64,000 bases of DNA from positions 16,430 to 80,429 of IMG/VR virus record IMGVR_UViG_3300020198_000009; one strand, given 5' to 3'. Under the pieces are notes generated by a model. That model saw nothing but the letters and a program-made list of their open reading frames with translations. It had not been told where the DNA came from and did no database searches. Shown one piece after another: positions 27,700-37,708 of the stretch (the first letter of the stretch is position 1; every line of letters begins with the position of its first letter). Both the position numbers and the translations under genes were made by a program. The stretch is from a virus.

Positions 27700-29048
27700 G
27701 GCAGGGCGATCCCCAGGCTGCCGTACCCGCACGATCCGGTCGCCGCCTTGTAGAGCCCGTGGTAGATCCCGAGCCATCGGGCCTGCTCGGCCGAGACCGC
27801 CGCGGGTTCTGGATGACGCGCGCCGCTCTTGAGCAATCGGGCCGACAGATGCGGCTCGCGGTAGCTACGGGCCCAGGCATAGGGTTCTAGCCAGCCGTGG
27901 GCCAGGGCAATCTTGGTCCGGTCGGTATCGAGCAGGGGGGTCTGGGCCAGCTTGGCAATGCCCGGCACGTCGCAATCCGGCCGGGGCGGCGTCGAGACGA
28001 CCAGTTCGTCGAGATCCAGTGCTGCCACCTTGGCCGCGGGCCCGAAGACCACCCCGAGCAGCTCCGAGGGCCGCAGGGCCATCCCGAGCTGCTCGCAAGC
28101 CGCCAGCGCGTTGCCCAGGCCCAAGCCGGCCAACTTGTCCAGCACGAAGCCCGGCAGGGCCGGCTCGCGATCGTAGAGCCCCACCAGGTGGTCCAGGGCG
28201 ATGTCGGCCGGCAGGTCGAGATCCTTCTTGACGATGGTGGCGTCCTTGGAGTTGCGACCTGTATTCTCAGAAGCGACCTTCATGAGCAGCATGGCCTCGG
28301 GCGCGGCCGGACTCTCGACGAGGCTCTCGTCGAAAAAGTCCGGGAAATCATTTATCATCACGACAGCAACGCCGTCGGGACGTATCTGACGCAGGGCATA
28401 GTCGGGAGAGCCTGGGCGCAGATGACCGCAGTATTGCCGGCGTGTCGGGGCCAGGTTGCCGCAGAGCGGGCAGCGATCGTAAGGCACACGCGCCGCCATT
28501 GATGTTGCGACGTTAAGTCCTCGGTCTGCCCGCTCGGCCCACTTGCGCCCCCGGGTGCGATCGAAGCTGATGAGGTTCTCGACCCGGTGCATGCGCGGGT
28601 TCCAGAAGGTGTCAAGCACGTTACCCAGGGCCGTCCTGGGGTCCTTGTTGCGGTGCTCCTCGAAGACGTGGGCCTTGCGGAAGGTCGTATAGCCCCAGGT
28701 CTTGGGCAGGCGATGGGCGTAGCGATCGAAGAAGCTCATGGGCACGTCGGCTGGTGGCCGGCCCAGGAGGGCATTCTCGGGCCACGCGTCGCCGTTGTTG
28801 TTGGGCCCCCAGTGCTCGGTCGACCCCAGGCCGATGACCAGCAGGTAGCACTTGCCCTTCTCGGGCACCACCTCGCTGGCGGCCTTGACGGCTTCTTCGG
28901 CCGCGGCGGTCTTGACCTTGCCATGGCCCAGGCGATCGTCGACCTCCAGGCGGCCACGGCACTCGACCAGGGGCACGCTGTGCTGCTCGCCCTCGCCCAG
29001 GTAGTCGTGCTCGCCGGGCGTGACGAACTTGACGAGATCGTCGCTCAT
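27696..29048 (-). CDS. Prohead (capsid maturation) serine protease with a zinc-finger insert
   Basis: NNNGDAW, FEEHRNKD...G, TSMAARV, CPLCG...CGHL and FDESLVESPA motifs of the HK97/assemblin-like fold. Confidence 0.75.
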   Translation of the reverse strand: MSDDLVKFVTPGEHDYLGEGEQHSVPLVECRGRLEVDDRLGHGKVKTAAAEEAVKAASEVVPEKGKCYLLVIGLGSTEHWGPNNNGDAWPENALLGRPPADVPMSFFDRYAHRLPKTWGYTTFRKAHVFEEHRNKDPRTALGNVLDTFWNPRMHRVENLISFDRTRGRKWAERADRGLNVATSMAARVPYDRCPLCGNLAPTRRQYCGHLRPGSPDYALRQIRPDGVAVVMINDFPDFFDESLVESPAAPEAMLLMKVASENTGRNSKDATIVKKDLDLPADIALDHLVGLYDREPALPGFVLDKLAGLGLGNALAACEQLGMALRPSELLGVVFGPAAKVAALDLDELVVSTPPRPDCDVPGIAKLAQTPLLDTDRTKIALAHGWLEPYAWARSYREPHLSARLLKSGARHPEPAAVSAEQARWLGIYHGLYKAATGSCGYGSLGIALP

Positions 29049-31081
29049 CGTTGGGAGCCAACCGGCCCGAGGGCAATCGGCTTTGGCGTGGGGCGACCCA
29101 ATGGTCCCCCCATCCCCCAGTCGGCCCGCGTCGGCCGGGCATAGTGCTGCGGCAACAGCGCCGCTAAATCGCCGCGGGCGCGAAGTGACGCCCTGCCATC
29201 TGCCATGATGGCCATTCCTTCATCCCATCCCAAGGGCGCCCCGGGAAGGGAGGGGTGTGGCATGCGGCCGCTATTGAAGAGCCTGGTAATTCGCTCGGCC
29301 TTGGGGTTGATCTGGGCCTTGGCGGCCATTACCTGGCTGACAGCCCGCTGGCGAGCCGCGGGGTAGACGCGATCCAATGCCCGAAATTCGTCGGCCTTCC
29401 TGGCGTAACCGACAGCATGTCCTACCCCCCGAAGGGCACTGTCCAGGAAGCCGGCCTCCTTGACCTGCTCGCGCGCAAACGCAAACCCCTCCCAGTAGAG
29501 CCTTCCGAGTTCAGCCTGCTTGACGACCCGGGCCGGAGAATCGGCGGGCACGGGGCGACCTTTCAACTTGGCCAGGGCGGCCGCCACGGCTTCGAGGCCG
29601 CGGCCCAAGTGGTCCTTGCCGATGATTTCCTGGGCGATTGGCCAGAGCGGATCGTCGGGACCGACCGGTCGCAAGGTACCGGGCGGCAGGAAGCCGGCGG
29701 CACGCTTGACGCGGCGGCCCGACCAGGCCAGGCGGTTCATCACCTGGGGTGATTGTGCAGCGCTGGCCTGCGCGGAAGCCATAGCCGCGGCGAACGTATC
29801 ACGGTTCGTGCGATCCAGGGCGATCGGCAACCTGGCCGACCAGCGACCTCCGGCGTCGCCATGCAAGGCGTCGATGTGCGCGAAGGCATCGCTCAAAATG
29901 GGTCGACGAAACGTTCCATCGCCCGCCTCGGCAGCTGGCACGACTTGGGGTGTCTTTTGCCAGGCGCGCGTCAGCAAATCACGACTCTGTTGCGTGCGCA
30001 CGGCGGCTTGTTGGGCCTTCTCGGCCCGCCGTGCCGCCTGGGTGGTGGGCATGTACTTGGCGATATCTCGCGCCGCCTCGGCCCCGAAAAGATGCTCATT
30101 AGCCCGGGCGCCCATCTGATGCACCAGCGTGTCCTGGCCCATCTGCATGAGTTTTGACCCCTGGGGGCCACTCGCGAACTCGAATACTTTCTCGAAAATC
30201 TGCGCCTGGCGTTGCGGATCGTTGCGCGCCGTGAGGCCATGGACCACCCCGAAGCCGTTCGCGGTGGTAAGGGCATGCATTTCGGTCGCCTTGCGCGCCG
30301 CGAGTAGATCAAGGACGGGCTCATGAGGAACGGGTTGCCCGGTCCGTAACTCGTCGCCCCGGATTTGCAGCCGATTAGCGACAGCATGGGGATCGACTCG
30401 CCGCAACGACCGAGACAAGCCCTCGACACCCTCGGCCCGATAAGGCGCGATGGCCTGCCCGATGCGATGCGCCCGCAGCAGCTGGGCCGGAGTGTCGGCC
30501 GTACGCAGGATTTGCGCCAAGCGCGTCGCGGCCACCTTCTCGGGCACCCCGGCGCCGAACTTGGGTGGCAGATGCTCCAGCAGATTGCCGGCCGGACGAA
30601 AAAGGCCAGCGGCTGGTCCATGGCTCGCCGGCAACGGCTCGAACAACGGCATGCCAGCCGAAAGGCGCCCCTTCTGCCGCATGTCTCTCGGATCGGCGGC
30701 GCCGAGCCCTAACTTCCTGGGGGGCGCCAAGCGCAGCGCGCCGTCCGGCAATCTCTCCACCAGCGGCGTGTTGAATTGCCGCATTTCATTCCGCTGACGC
30801 GCGTAAGACGCCTCCAGGGCCTCCTCGATGTCATCGGCCGCGCTCTTGTACCCCAGCTGCATGAGCAAGGCGTCCCGGTGCATGTTGGCCCGGTTGAACC
30901 CCGAGGCCGCCCCTACCAATCCGCCGATTGCCGATCCCGCCCCCATGGCCTCCAGGTTCCGCCTGAAGACCAACCCCGCCAGAGCCCCCAAACCCAGGCC
31001 CTTGACCGAGTCCTTGGCCACCTCACCGCCGGTGTAGGCAATGGGGTTGGTCAGGGGTTCGTTGGGGTCGCCGTAGCTCAT
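29045..31081 (-). CDS. Modular K-x-A-punctuated protein (putative internal head polyprotein)
   Basis: Gly-rich hydrophobic hairpin, then modules bounded by KSA, KVA, KRA, KQA and KEA. Confidence 0.55.
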   Translation of the reverse strand: MSYGDPNEPLTNPIAYTGGEVAKDSVKGLGLGALAGLVFRRNLEAMGAGSAIGGLVGAASGFNRANMHRDALLMQLGYKSAADDIEEALEASYARQRNEMRQFNTPLVERLPDGALRLAPPRKLGLGAADPRDMRQKGRLSAGMPLFEPLPASHGPAAGLFRPAGNLLEHLPPKFGAGVPEKVAATRLAQILRTADTPAQLLRAHRIGQAIAPYRAEGVEGLSRSLRRVDPHAVANRLQIRGDELRTGQPVPHEPVLDLLAARKATEMHALTTANGFGVVHGLTARNDPQRQAQIFEKVFEFASGPQGSKLMQMGQDTLVHQMGARANEHLFGAEAARDIAKYMPTTQAARRAEKAQQAAVRTQQSRDLLTRAWQKTPQVVPAAEAGDGTFRRPILSDAFAHIDALHGDAGGRWSARLPIALDRTNRDTFAAAMASAQASAAQSPQVMNRLAWSGRRVKRAAGFLPPGTLRPVGPDDPLWPIAQEIIGKDHLGRGLEAVAAALAKLKGRPVPADSPARVVKQAELGRLYWEGFAFAREQVKEAGFLDSALRGVGHAVGYARKADEFRALDRVYPAARQRAVSQVMAAKAQINPKAERITRLFNSGRMPHPSLPGAPLGWDEGMAIMADGRASLRARGDLAALLPQHYARPTRADWGMGGPLGRPTPKPIALGPVGSQR

Positions 31082-31163
31082 GGGGTCCTTTACGGCCGAT
31101 CGGCGGTCGGCCTTGGGAGACCGCCGCCGATCGGGCTTGCCTTGCTTGCGTAAGGGGAGGTTG

Positions 31164-31832
31164 TCAGGAAACCTGGAACCCGGCCGCCTTGAAGGCCGTG
31201 CCTTCCTGGTAGAGGGCCTCCAGGATGGCCTGGCGTTCGGCGGCTACGTCGTGGGCAGCCTTCCCGAAGAGCGCCCCGGCGCCCACCTGGGCGGCATCCA
31301 TCGGGTACTGGGCGGCCAGCTGCTGCGCCCGGATGAGGGCAAGCTGCTTGGCGTTCGCGGCGCCCTGGGCGGCCAGCGGCAGGGCCGGCACCGGCGCCCC
31401 GGCGGCCATCGCGGCCGCGGTGGGCTGCCCGGCGTTCATGGCTTCCTTGGCTACCTGGCCGGGAAAGGGGGCATCCACGGCGCCTGCCGCCCCCTTGACC
31501 TCCAGGTACCAGGCGTTGGCGAACTCGCGCGCCTCGTTCTCGATCGCCGCGGCCTTGACATCCGCGAACATCTGGAGGCTGGGCGAGGTGCCGGGCGCCG
31601 GGTTCGACCAGCCGGCCCCGCCGTCGGCGCTGGGGTTCTGCATGATCGGTGCGGCTCCCTGCGCGGCGCGCTGGAGTGCGATCTGCGTGTTGGTGGCCAT
31701 GGCCGGATTCGAGTCCATCGAACCGGTGGTCCCCGGGTTGGGGCCCGCACCGACCTGGCCGGGCACCAGAGCATCGACCGCCTGCTTCTGGCTCTGGGCC
31801 AGCAGCTGCTGATAGGCCGTGTACGGATCCAT
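31164..31832 (-). CDS. Head protein with MDPYTAYQ leader
   Basis: MDPYTAYQQLLAQSQKQA; multiple KxA; GGAGGA SD. Confidence 0.6.
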   Translation of the reverse strand: MDPYTAYQQLLAQSQKQAVDALVPGQVGAGPNPGTTGSMDSNPAMATNTQIALQRAAQGAAPIMQNPSADGGAGWSNPAPGTSPSLQMFADVKAAAIENEAREFANAWYLEVKGAAGAVDAPFPGQVAKEAMNAGQPTAAAMAAGAPVPALPLAAQGAANAKQLALIRAQQLAAQYPMDAAQVGAGALFGKAAHDVAAERQAILEALYQEGTAFKAAGFQVS

Positions 31833-31872
31833 TAGTCGTCGTCCTCCTGGAAAAGTGATCTGACCTTCGAAG

Positions 31873-31904
31873 GAATTATAGAGATTACCCTCTTGGTCCT
31901 ACGG
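31873..31904 (-). promoter_or_regulatory. Putative late promoter TCTATAATTC with an upstream degenerate operator site
   Basis: ATTATA at 31875-31880; TGGTCCTACGG at 31894-31904. Confidence 0.5.
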
Positions 31905-32429
31905 CCTCCCATAGGCGTGAGCCAATGAGAGCCCGTGGTGGATGAAATTGATGGCATTGGACTCGGCCCCACGCGCCGCGGCGTCGATGGTGCCCTGGGC
32001 ACTGATGAGATCCTTGAAGGCCCCGTGATCGACCCCGTCGTAGGCGATGAAGCGCTTGATCAGGTTGCCGACCACCAGCGGGTTCTCGGCGGTGCTCGGC
32101 GAGCCCTGGGCGATCGAGTCGAAGTAGAGCCGGACCTTCTCGGGCTTCTCGCGCTGGAGCTCGGGATAGACTTGAAGCATCTTGGAGTAGGACTGCTGGA
32201 GCTTGATCGAATCCGACAGCATCCCCACGCCCTTGAGGGCCAGCGCCCCGCCGGCCAGCATGCCGGCATGCTGGGCCAGCGCCCCGAAGCCCAGGGGCTT
32301 GGGCCGGGTGGCATACTCCAGACCCTTGAACGCCAGGCCCCCCAGAGTGCCGATGGCACCAACCGCGGCATTGGTTCGCCCCATCCAGTCGGGCCTGAAG
32401 ATGCGCTGAGCATCGGTATACCAGGGCAT
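31899..32429 (-). CDS. Hypothetical virion protein with Gly-rich hydrophobic segments
   Basis: GGAGGG SD before ATG 32429. Confidence 0.55.
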   Translation of the reverse strand: MPWYTDAQRIFRPDWMGRTNAAVGAIGTLGGLAFKGLEYATRPKPLGFGALAQHAGMLAGGALALKGVGMLSDSIKLQQSYSKMLQVYPELQREKPEKVRLYFDSIAQGSPSTAENPLVVGNLIKRFIAYDGVDHGAFKDLISAQGTIDAAARGAESNAINFIHHGLSLAHAYGRP

Positions 32430-32430
32430 A

Positions 32431-33189
32431 TTACCCCTCCTGGAGCTGGACCAGATGGTCCCGGACATTGCGGCGCCGCGCCCGCAGATCGATCACCGCG
32501 GCCATCCGGGCGGCTGCGGTCTTGGCGAGTTCGACCAGGTCGGTGGCGTGCCGCTGGGTCTCGGGCACCAGGATGCGCAGTTGCCCGCGAGTAAACGCGT
32601 GCTTCTCGATCGCCGTAGCCTCGAAGACCCGATCGACCAGCTGGCGCTCGAAAGGAGAGAGTGTCTCGAACTGCTGCTGGTAGACCCCCAGCTTCTCGAT
32701 GCCGAGCTCCTTGGCGCGAGCCACCCGGGACTCCATGGTGGCGAGCAGGTCGCGAATTTCGGCCATGGCCACCTTGATCTGCGAATCGAGCTGGCTACGA
32801 CGGGCGGCGAGTTTTTGCAGGAGTGCCGGCGTGTCGTCGAAGGCGATGCCGCCCGGGCGGGCGCTGGAGTACCCAGACCCCGAGCCGAGCGTCGTACGCA
32901 CGGCCAGGCCGGGACTTGCCGACGCGGCCTTGACGGCCTGTTTTTCGCCATGCATGGCCAGTAGCACCCTTTCGGCGTAAGCGGGCGGGAACTCGTCGCA
33001 CTTGTCGAGCTCCATGGCCTTCTTGAAGGCATGGCGGTTCACCAGCTGCGTCAGGCTCCGGACGGTATGGTCGTTGTAGCCGAGCGCCGAGGCGTGCTTG
33101 GCGATGGCCTCATGGATATCGGCGCCCTGGCGGACCGACTCGACGATTTGCTGGGCCTCGGCATCCAGCTTGGGCTTGATGTTTCCCAC
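32431..33189 (-). CDS. Putative head/scaffold protein
   Basis: KHA, KQA, KAA, KLA, KVA and KTA motifs; GTG start 6 nt after TATAAT (leaderless). Confidence 0.55.
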   Translation of the reverse strand: MGNIKPKLDAEAQQIVESVRQGADIHEAIAKHASALGYNDHTVRSLTQLVNRHAFKKAMELDKCDEFPPAYAERVLLAMHGEKQAVKAASASPGLAVRTTLGSGSGYSSARPGGIAFDDTPALLQKLAARRSQLDSQIKVAMAEIRDLLATMESRVARAKELGIEKLGVYQQQFETLSPFERQLVDRVFEATAIEKHAFTRGQLRILVPETQRHATDLVELAKTAAARMAAVIDLRARRRNVRDHLVQLQEG

Positions 33190-33193
33190 GCTG

Positions 33194-33203
33194 GGATTAT
33201 AGA
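33194..33203 (-). promoter_or_regulatory. Putative late promoter TCTATAATCC (leaderless transcript)
   Basis: TATAAT-6 nt-GTG. Confidence 0.55.
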
Positions 33204-33303
33204 TGTCGCCCGCCGAGCACCGCGGAGGACGGTTCCGGCCCAGCGCAAGAGGCGCCCGAGGACCCCCGGCCGCAGCCGGAGGCCGAGGAGCCAGCCCGGG
33301 AGC

Positions 33304-33675
33304 CTAGCCCCCGATGGCCATGGCCGAGGCGTTGGGATCGGTGATGCGGCTGTTGTCGAACTTGGGCATGTTGAGGACCCGCTGGCGCATGTCGTCATCG
33401 GCGGCGAACTTGGCCTTGCCATCCTGCCGGTAGTAGTTCTCGATGAACCGCTCCATGTCGGGCAGCTGATGAGCGCAGCCTGGCTCGATGCGGAAGATCA
33501 GGGGCTTGCGGTCGTCCTTGAAATGCCACTCGCTCTCGTCGTCCGAATTCACGACGATGTCGAAGTCGTCGTATGGATAGATGGTGCCCTTGTAGGTCAG
33601 GCCGTCACGAATGAGCTCGGGAACGGGAACTTGGGTGTTGACGGTGGCGCCGCGCAACGGCAGTCGAAAACCCAT
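33304..33675 (-). CDS. Hypothetical protein
   Basis: AAGGAG SD before ATG 33675. Confidence 0.55.
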   Translation of the reverse strand: MGFRLPLRGATVNTQVPVPELIRDGLTYKGTIYPYDDFDIVVNSDDESEWHFKDDRKPLIFRIEPGCAHQLPDMERFIENYYRQDGKAKFAADDDMRQRVLNMPKFDNSRITDPNASAMAIGG

Positions 33676-33731
33676 CTTTTCACGATCTCCTTGTATCTGA
33701 GTGTCTGGTGGTATTACCATACTAGCACAGG

Positions 33732-36629
33732 ATGTCGAGCGAGACCTTCATCGAGGACGGCGAAACCGGACGCCGCGTCATCGTCACGGACCGAAAGAAG
33801 ATTGCCGAGGCGGTACTGCATCTCAAGGGCAGGCCCCTCAAGCTCGACAACTACCGGCCCTTCCATGCCATCTACCGCACTTCGGCACAAAACCTTGTGA
33901 TACAGGCGGGACGGCAAGTGTCAAAATGTGGCACCGGCGAGAACATGATCCCCATGTTCAACGGCATGCCGGCCAGGCTCGGCGCCCTCCGGCCAGGCGA
34001 TAAGGTTTTGTCTCTGGCATCTGGCTACCGCCTGGTGACTGGACAGGTGAGCGACACCATCCAAGCCGGCAGGAAGCCATGCGTGCGCCTGACGACCCGC
34101 TTGGGGCACGAGCTGGAGGTCGCCCGGAGTCATCCGATTCGCGGTCTGTTCGACTACTATCCGGCGGGCGAACTCAAGATTGGCGACCGAGTGGCGGCTG
34201 TGCGTCGCGGCGGCTCCTTCACAGACCTGAACCCCATAACGCCGACCGAGGCCATGGTGCTCGCCTACATGATTGGCGACGGCAGCGCTCAGGGTAAGCA
34301 GAACTTCGGCTTCACGAACTCCAAACCGGAGATCTTGGCCGAGTTCCGGTCATGCTGCGCCATGCTGGGCCAGGTCGCGCCACGAGAGTACGAACGCAAG
34401 GGCTCCTTGACGCTTCGGCTCTCGCTGGCATCGGATGCCCCGGTTCGTCGTCTCCTGGAACATCAGGGTATCTATGGCAAGACCTCGGAAACGAAGTTCA
34501 TCCCAGCCGAGGTATTCGACCTCGATCGCGAGCGCACGGCGCTCTTCCTGAATCGACTCTGGGCGTGCGATGGCCATGCCAAGCAACTCAATCCTGGGAA
34601 ATATGAAATCCACTACGCCACAATCTCGAAAAAACTGGCCCATGGCGTTCAAGCGCTCCTGTGGAAGTTCGGAATCCCGGCCTCGGTATCCCGGAGTCAA
34701 CCGAAAGTCTATATAGGCACCAACAAATTCGCCTACAAGGTGCGAATTGAAACCCAAGAAGGTATCCGCCGCTTCTTGACCGAGATCGGCGCTTTCATGA
34801 AGAGCGAGAGCATCCCACTTCCGGCAGCCGAGAGTAACAATAACCGCGATACCATCCCGCAGGACGTGCAAAAGCTCATCACGGCACTCTACGAGCGCGC
34901 CCTGGCCCGGGATGCCCTGTGCGGACCCGGGCGTGCGGGGCGGCCTAGGGCTAGCATCACGGATCACGGCCTGCGCGCCACCCTAAAATACCCCCCCTCG
35001 CCACGAAAGATCGCCCAATACGTCGAGTTCTTTCAGCAGATCGGGCTCGGAGACGAACCGGAAACCATTACCCTCGAATCACTGATCAACAACGACGTGA
35101 TCTGGGATAAGATTATTGCGATCGAAGACATCGGCATGCAGGATTGTTACGACATCGAAGTCGATGTTCTGCACAACTACATCCTGGGCGGCGTTGTCAC
35201 CCATAACTCGACCACCCTGGGAAACTGGTCCATCACCGACGCCATCGGCGTGCCCCATTCCGAGCAGTTGATCGTCCTGCCCTCGATCATGCAGATGCGC
35301 CGCTTCTCATCGGACAAAGTGGGAAAAATCGTCGCCACCAGCCCGCTTGTCAAGAAATGGTTCGTCGACCACACCTGCGAGCGCGCCATCTACAAACGCA
35401 GCTTCCTCAACGGCTCGACCATGGAATTCGCCGCCATGACCCAGATGGAATCCATACGCGGCGGCGCCAAGAACCGGGTGTCGGAAGACGAAGTGCAGGA
35501 CATGGACCTGGACGCGCTTGCCATAGTGGAGGAGGTGCTAAGCGGACAAGCAAGTGACAAGATAGCAATTGCCCGCACCGGCACGGCCAAGACCGTCGGC
35601 AACACGCTGGATGTGACGTTCAAGAAATCGAGCCAGTGCGAATGGATAGTGCCATGCCCAAGCGGTCACCACAACGTCCCGAGCCCGGACAACATCGGCG
35701 ATCGGGGCTTCATTTGCAAGAAATGCCGCAGCCTCTGCGACGTGCGCGGTGGCTACTGGCGCTCCATGGCGGGCCTCGACGCCGAGTGGATGGGCTTCCA
35801 CATCCCCCAGATCATCCTGCCGCTCCATACCGAGGACCAAGGAAACTGGCGCAAGCTCCTGCGAAAGCGCAACGGCGGCGTCAGCCCGGTCGTCTTTCTC
35901 AACGAGGTCATGGGCATTCCTGCCGGCTCGGGCATCACCGCCCTGACCGAAGAGGACCTGATCAAGTGCTGCGAACCGGTCTACGAGATAGACCCCCACT
36001 ACTTCCGCGGCAAGGACCACGACATCGCCGTGGTATTCGGTACCTGCGACTGGGGCCTGATGGCCATCAAGAGCTTCACGATTGCCAGCATCTGGGGGAT
36101 CACCAAGGCCGGGCGCATCAAGCTGCTGTTTGCCTATCGCTTCCTGGACCCCGATCCCTACAAGCAGGTCGAGCAGATCATCCGGCTCTTCACGAACGCG
36201 GGGGTCGAGCTGGTCGGCTGCGACTGGGGCATGGGCATGATCCAGAGCCGCATCATCGAGGAGCAGATGCCCCAGGTCCCGGTCCATCGCTTTATGTACG
36301 TCGGCGAGCAGCGGGCCCTGATGAGCTGGTACAAGGAGGGCAAGCTCTGGCGGGTGAACCGTACCCAGGCCATGACCGAAGCTTTCGTCTGGATGAAGCG
36401 CCAGCGTTTCTGGTTCCCGAACTGGTCATGGTTCAAGGAATACATCGCGCCGGATATATTATGTATTTACGAAGAGGCAGTAAATCAAGTCACATTCAAG
36501 AACGATGTCATACGGTACGCACACCCCGATTCCCAGGCCGATGACGCCACTCACACCTGCGTCTACGCCCTGCTGCTCCTTTGGATCCTTTATGACCGCG
36601 GCCGTACGGAGTTCCATCTGGCAGGCTAG
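33732..36629 (+). CDS. terL: Terminase large subunit (lambda gpA-like) with a LAGLIDADG intein
   Basis: Walker A AGRQVSK|STT split by the intein; Walker B SEDEVQD; TGT coupling motif; CPSGH...CKKC; nuclease CDWG and DDATH. Confidence 0.85.
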   Translation: MSSETFIEDGETGRRVIVTDRKKIAEAVLHLKGRPLKLDNYRPFHAIYRTSAQNLVIQAGRQVSKCGTGENMIPMFNGMPARLGALRPGDKVLSLASGYRLVTGQVSDTIQAGRKPCVRLTTRLGHELEVARSHPIRGLFDYYPAGELKIGDRVAAVRRGGSFTDLNPITPTEAMVLAYMIGDGSAQGKQNFGFTNSKPEILAEFRSCCAMLGQVAPREYERKGSLTLRLSLASDAPVRRLLEHQGIYGKTSETKFIPAEVFDLDRERTALFLNRLWACDGHAKQLNPGKYEIHYATISKKLAHGVQALLWKFGIPASVSRSQPKVYIGTNKFAYKVRIETQEGIRRFLTEIGAFMKSESIPLPAAESNNNRDTIPQDVQKLITALYERALARDALCGPGRAGRPRASITDHGLRATLKYPPSPRKIAQYVEFFQQIGLGDEPETITLESLINNDVIWDKIIAIEDIGMQDCYDIEVDVLHNYILGGVVTHNSTTLGNWSITDAIGVPHSEQLIVLPSIMQMRRFSSDKVGKIVATSPLVKKWFVDHTCERAIYKRSFLNGSTMEFAAMTQMESIRGGAKNRVSEDEVQDMDLDALAIVEEVLSGQASDKIAIARTGTAKTVGNTLDVTFKKSSQCEWIVPCPSGHHNVPSPDNIGDRGFICKKCRSLCDVRGGYWRSMAGLDAEWMGFHIPQIILPLHTEDQGNWRKLLRKRNGGVSPVVFLNEVMGIPAGSGITALTEEDLIKCCEPVYEIDPHYFRGKDHDIAVVFGTCDWGLMAIKSFTIASIWGITKAGRIKLLFAYRFLDPDPYKQVEQIIRLFTNAGVELVGCDWGMGMIQSRIIEEQMPQVPVHRFMYVGEQRALMSWYKEGKLWRVNRTQAMTEAFVWMKRQRFWFPNWSWFKEYIAPDILCIYEEAVNQVTFKNDVIRYAHPDSQADDATHTCVYALLLLWILYDRGRTEFHLAG
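33927..35207 (+). mobile_element. Intein (427 aa) with a LAGLIDADG homing endonuclease
   Basis: Starts at Cys, ends VTHN|S; block B RSHPI; LAYMIGDG and LWACDG motifs; YDIEV..HNY block F; lower GC. Confidence 0.9.
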
Positions 36630-36775
36630 GCCCGATGCGTCGCCCCGCAGTCCCGGCAAATCACGACCTGCTCGCTCTGGGCCAACGCACCGTCCGAGCC
36701 GCGCTTTTCGAGTTCCTGGGTATCGACGTTGCCCGACTCGCAGACCTGGCAGTGGAGGCGTCCGTCCTTGATCAT
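36626..36775 (-). CDS. Small zinc-ribbon protein
   Basis: CQVC...CRDC. Confidence 0.5.
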   Translation of the reverse strand: MIKDGRLHCQVCESGNVDTQELEKRGSDGALAQSEQVVICRDCGATHRA

Positions 36776-36777
36776 GG

Positions 36778-37269
36778 CTAGGCCGCCAGATTGAGGTAAC
36801 GCAGCGCGTAGCGCTTGTCGAGGGATATCAGATGGCGTGAATACGCTGGGTCGGTGGCGTACCCGCACTCGCGCAGCCCGTTGGCCCAGCCCTCGAAATC
36901 CCCCTTGGCCAGCTTGAAGAGCGGTCGATACCGCTTGCCCAGTAGGAACTTGGCGTGATCCACGAAGGACTCGACCATGCTAGGGTAGGCCCGGAAGTAG
37001 TGGTACTCGGTCACGTAGCGGCCATGGCGCCACTCCTTGGTGCGTCGCAGGACCTTGGGGCCGGCCCAACGCTCGTCGGCCTTGACCCCGAAGTAGTTCT
37101 TGGCGCCGCCGGCATCGCTCTTGCCGCCGTTGGATTCGAGTAGCCACTGGGCGAACGTGATGCCGGCCGGCACCCCGAAGAGCCGCTCGGTGGCCTGGGA
37201 GGCCTTGGCGGCCTCGTCCCAGAGGGCCCGGGCGGACGTGCCGGGCTTGGGCCAGTTGCTATTGGGCAT
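36778..37269 (-). CDS. GH73 (FlgJ/glucosaminidase-like) peptidoglycan hydrolase
   Basis: AQWLLES, NYFGVKA, FRAYPS and GYATDPAY motifs. Confidence 0.9.
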   Translation of the reverse strand: MPNSNWPKPGTSARALWDEAAKASQATERLFGVPAGITFAQWLLESNGGKSDAGGAKNYFGVKADERWAGPKVLRRTKEWRHGRYVTEYHYFRAYPSMVESFVDHAKFLLGKRYRPLFKLAKGDFEGWANGLRECGYATDPAYSRHLISLDKRYALRYLNLAA

Positions 37270-37708
37270 CCGATGTTCCCTCTATCGCGGCGACGTAAGC
37301 CTGACGGGAGACCTTCTCGAAGGTCTTGTTGAGCGAAATCGTCCAACAGTCGGCCTTCATCACCAGGACCAGGGTGGCACCTGGCAAGACGCCAACCCAT
37401 TGCGACGATTGCTCGTGGAGAATGGACATTCGAACACCGCGCAAAGCGGCCTCAAGCTTGAGGGTTTGCTTCCGATCGCTGGTGTCGTCAATCAGCACGA
37501 AGCTGAACGCGTCATCCTGGTTGACCCCGCTCCAGCGGGCCAGTTTCCCCTGCACATCGACGTACTCGAACTCGCAGCCCACCTGGGGGATCTGGGGCTC
37601 GTAGTAGAGCTGGAAGGCGATCAGGTTGCCGGGATCGATGGCCTGGCCATCGAGATCGATCCGGGTGGTCGCGAGCGTGCCTTCCGAGGTGGCCTTGACG
37701 ACGCTCAT
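37259..37708 (-). CDS. Hypothetical protein
   Basis: GGAGG SD before ATG 37708; overlaps the GH73 start. Confidence 0.55.
   Translation of the reverse strand: MSVVKATSEGTLATTRIDLDGQAIDPGNLIAFQLYYEPQIPQVGCEFEYVDVQGKLARWSGVNQDDAFSFVLIDDTSDRKQTLKLEAALRGVRMSILHEQSSQWVGVLPGATLVLVMKADCWTISLNKTFEKVSRQAYVAAIEGTSDAQ

Noticed and set aside
31096-31136. Imperfect inverted repeat upstream of 29045-31081
   Set aside because: Bulged stem with no U-tract; cannot be called a terminator
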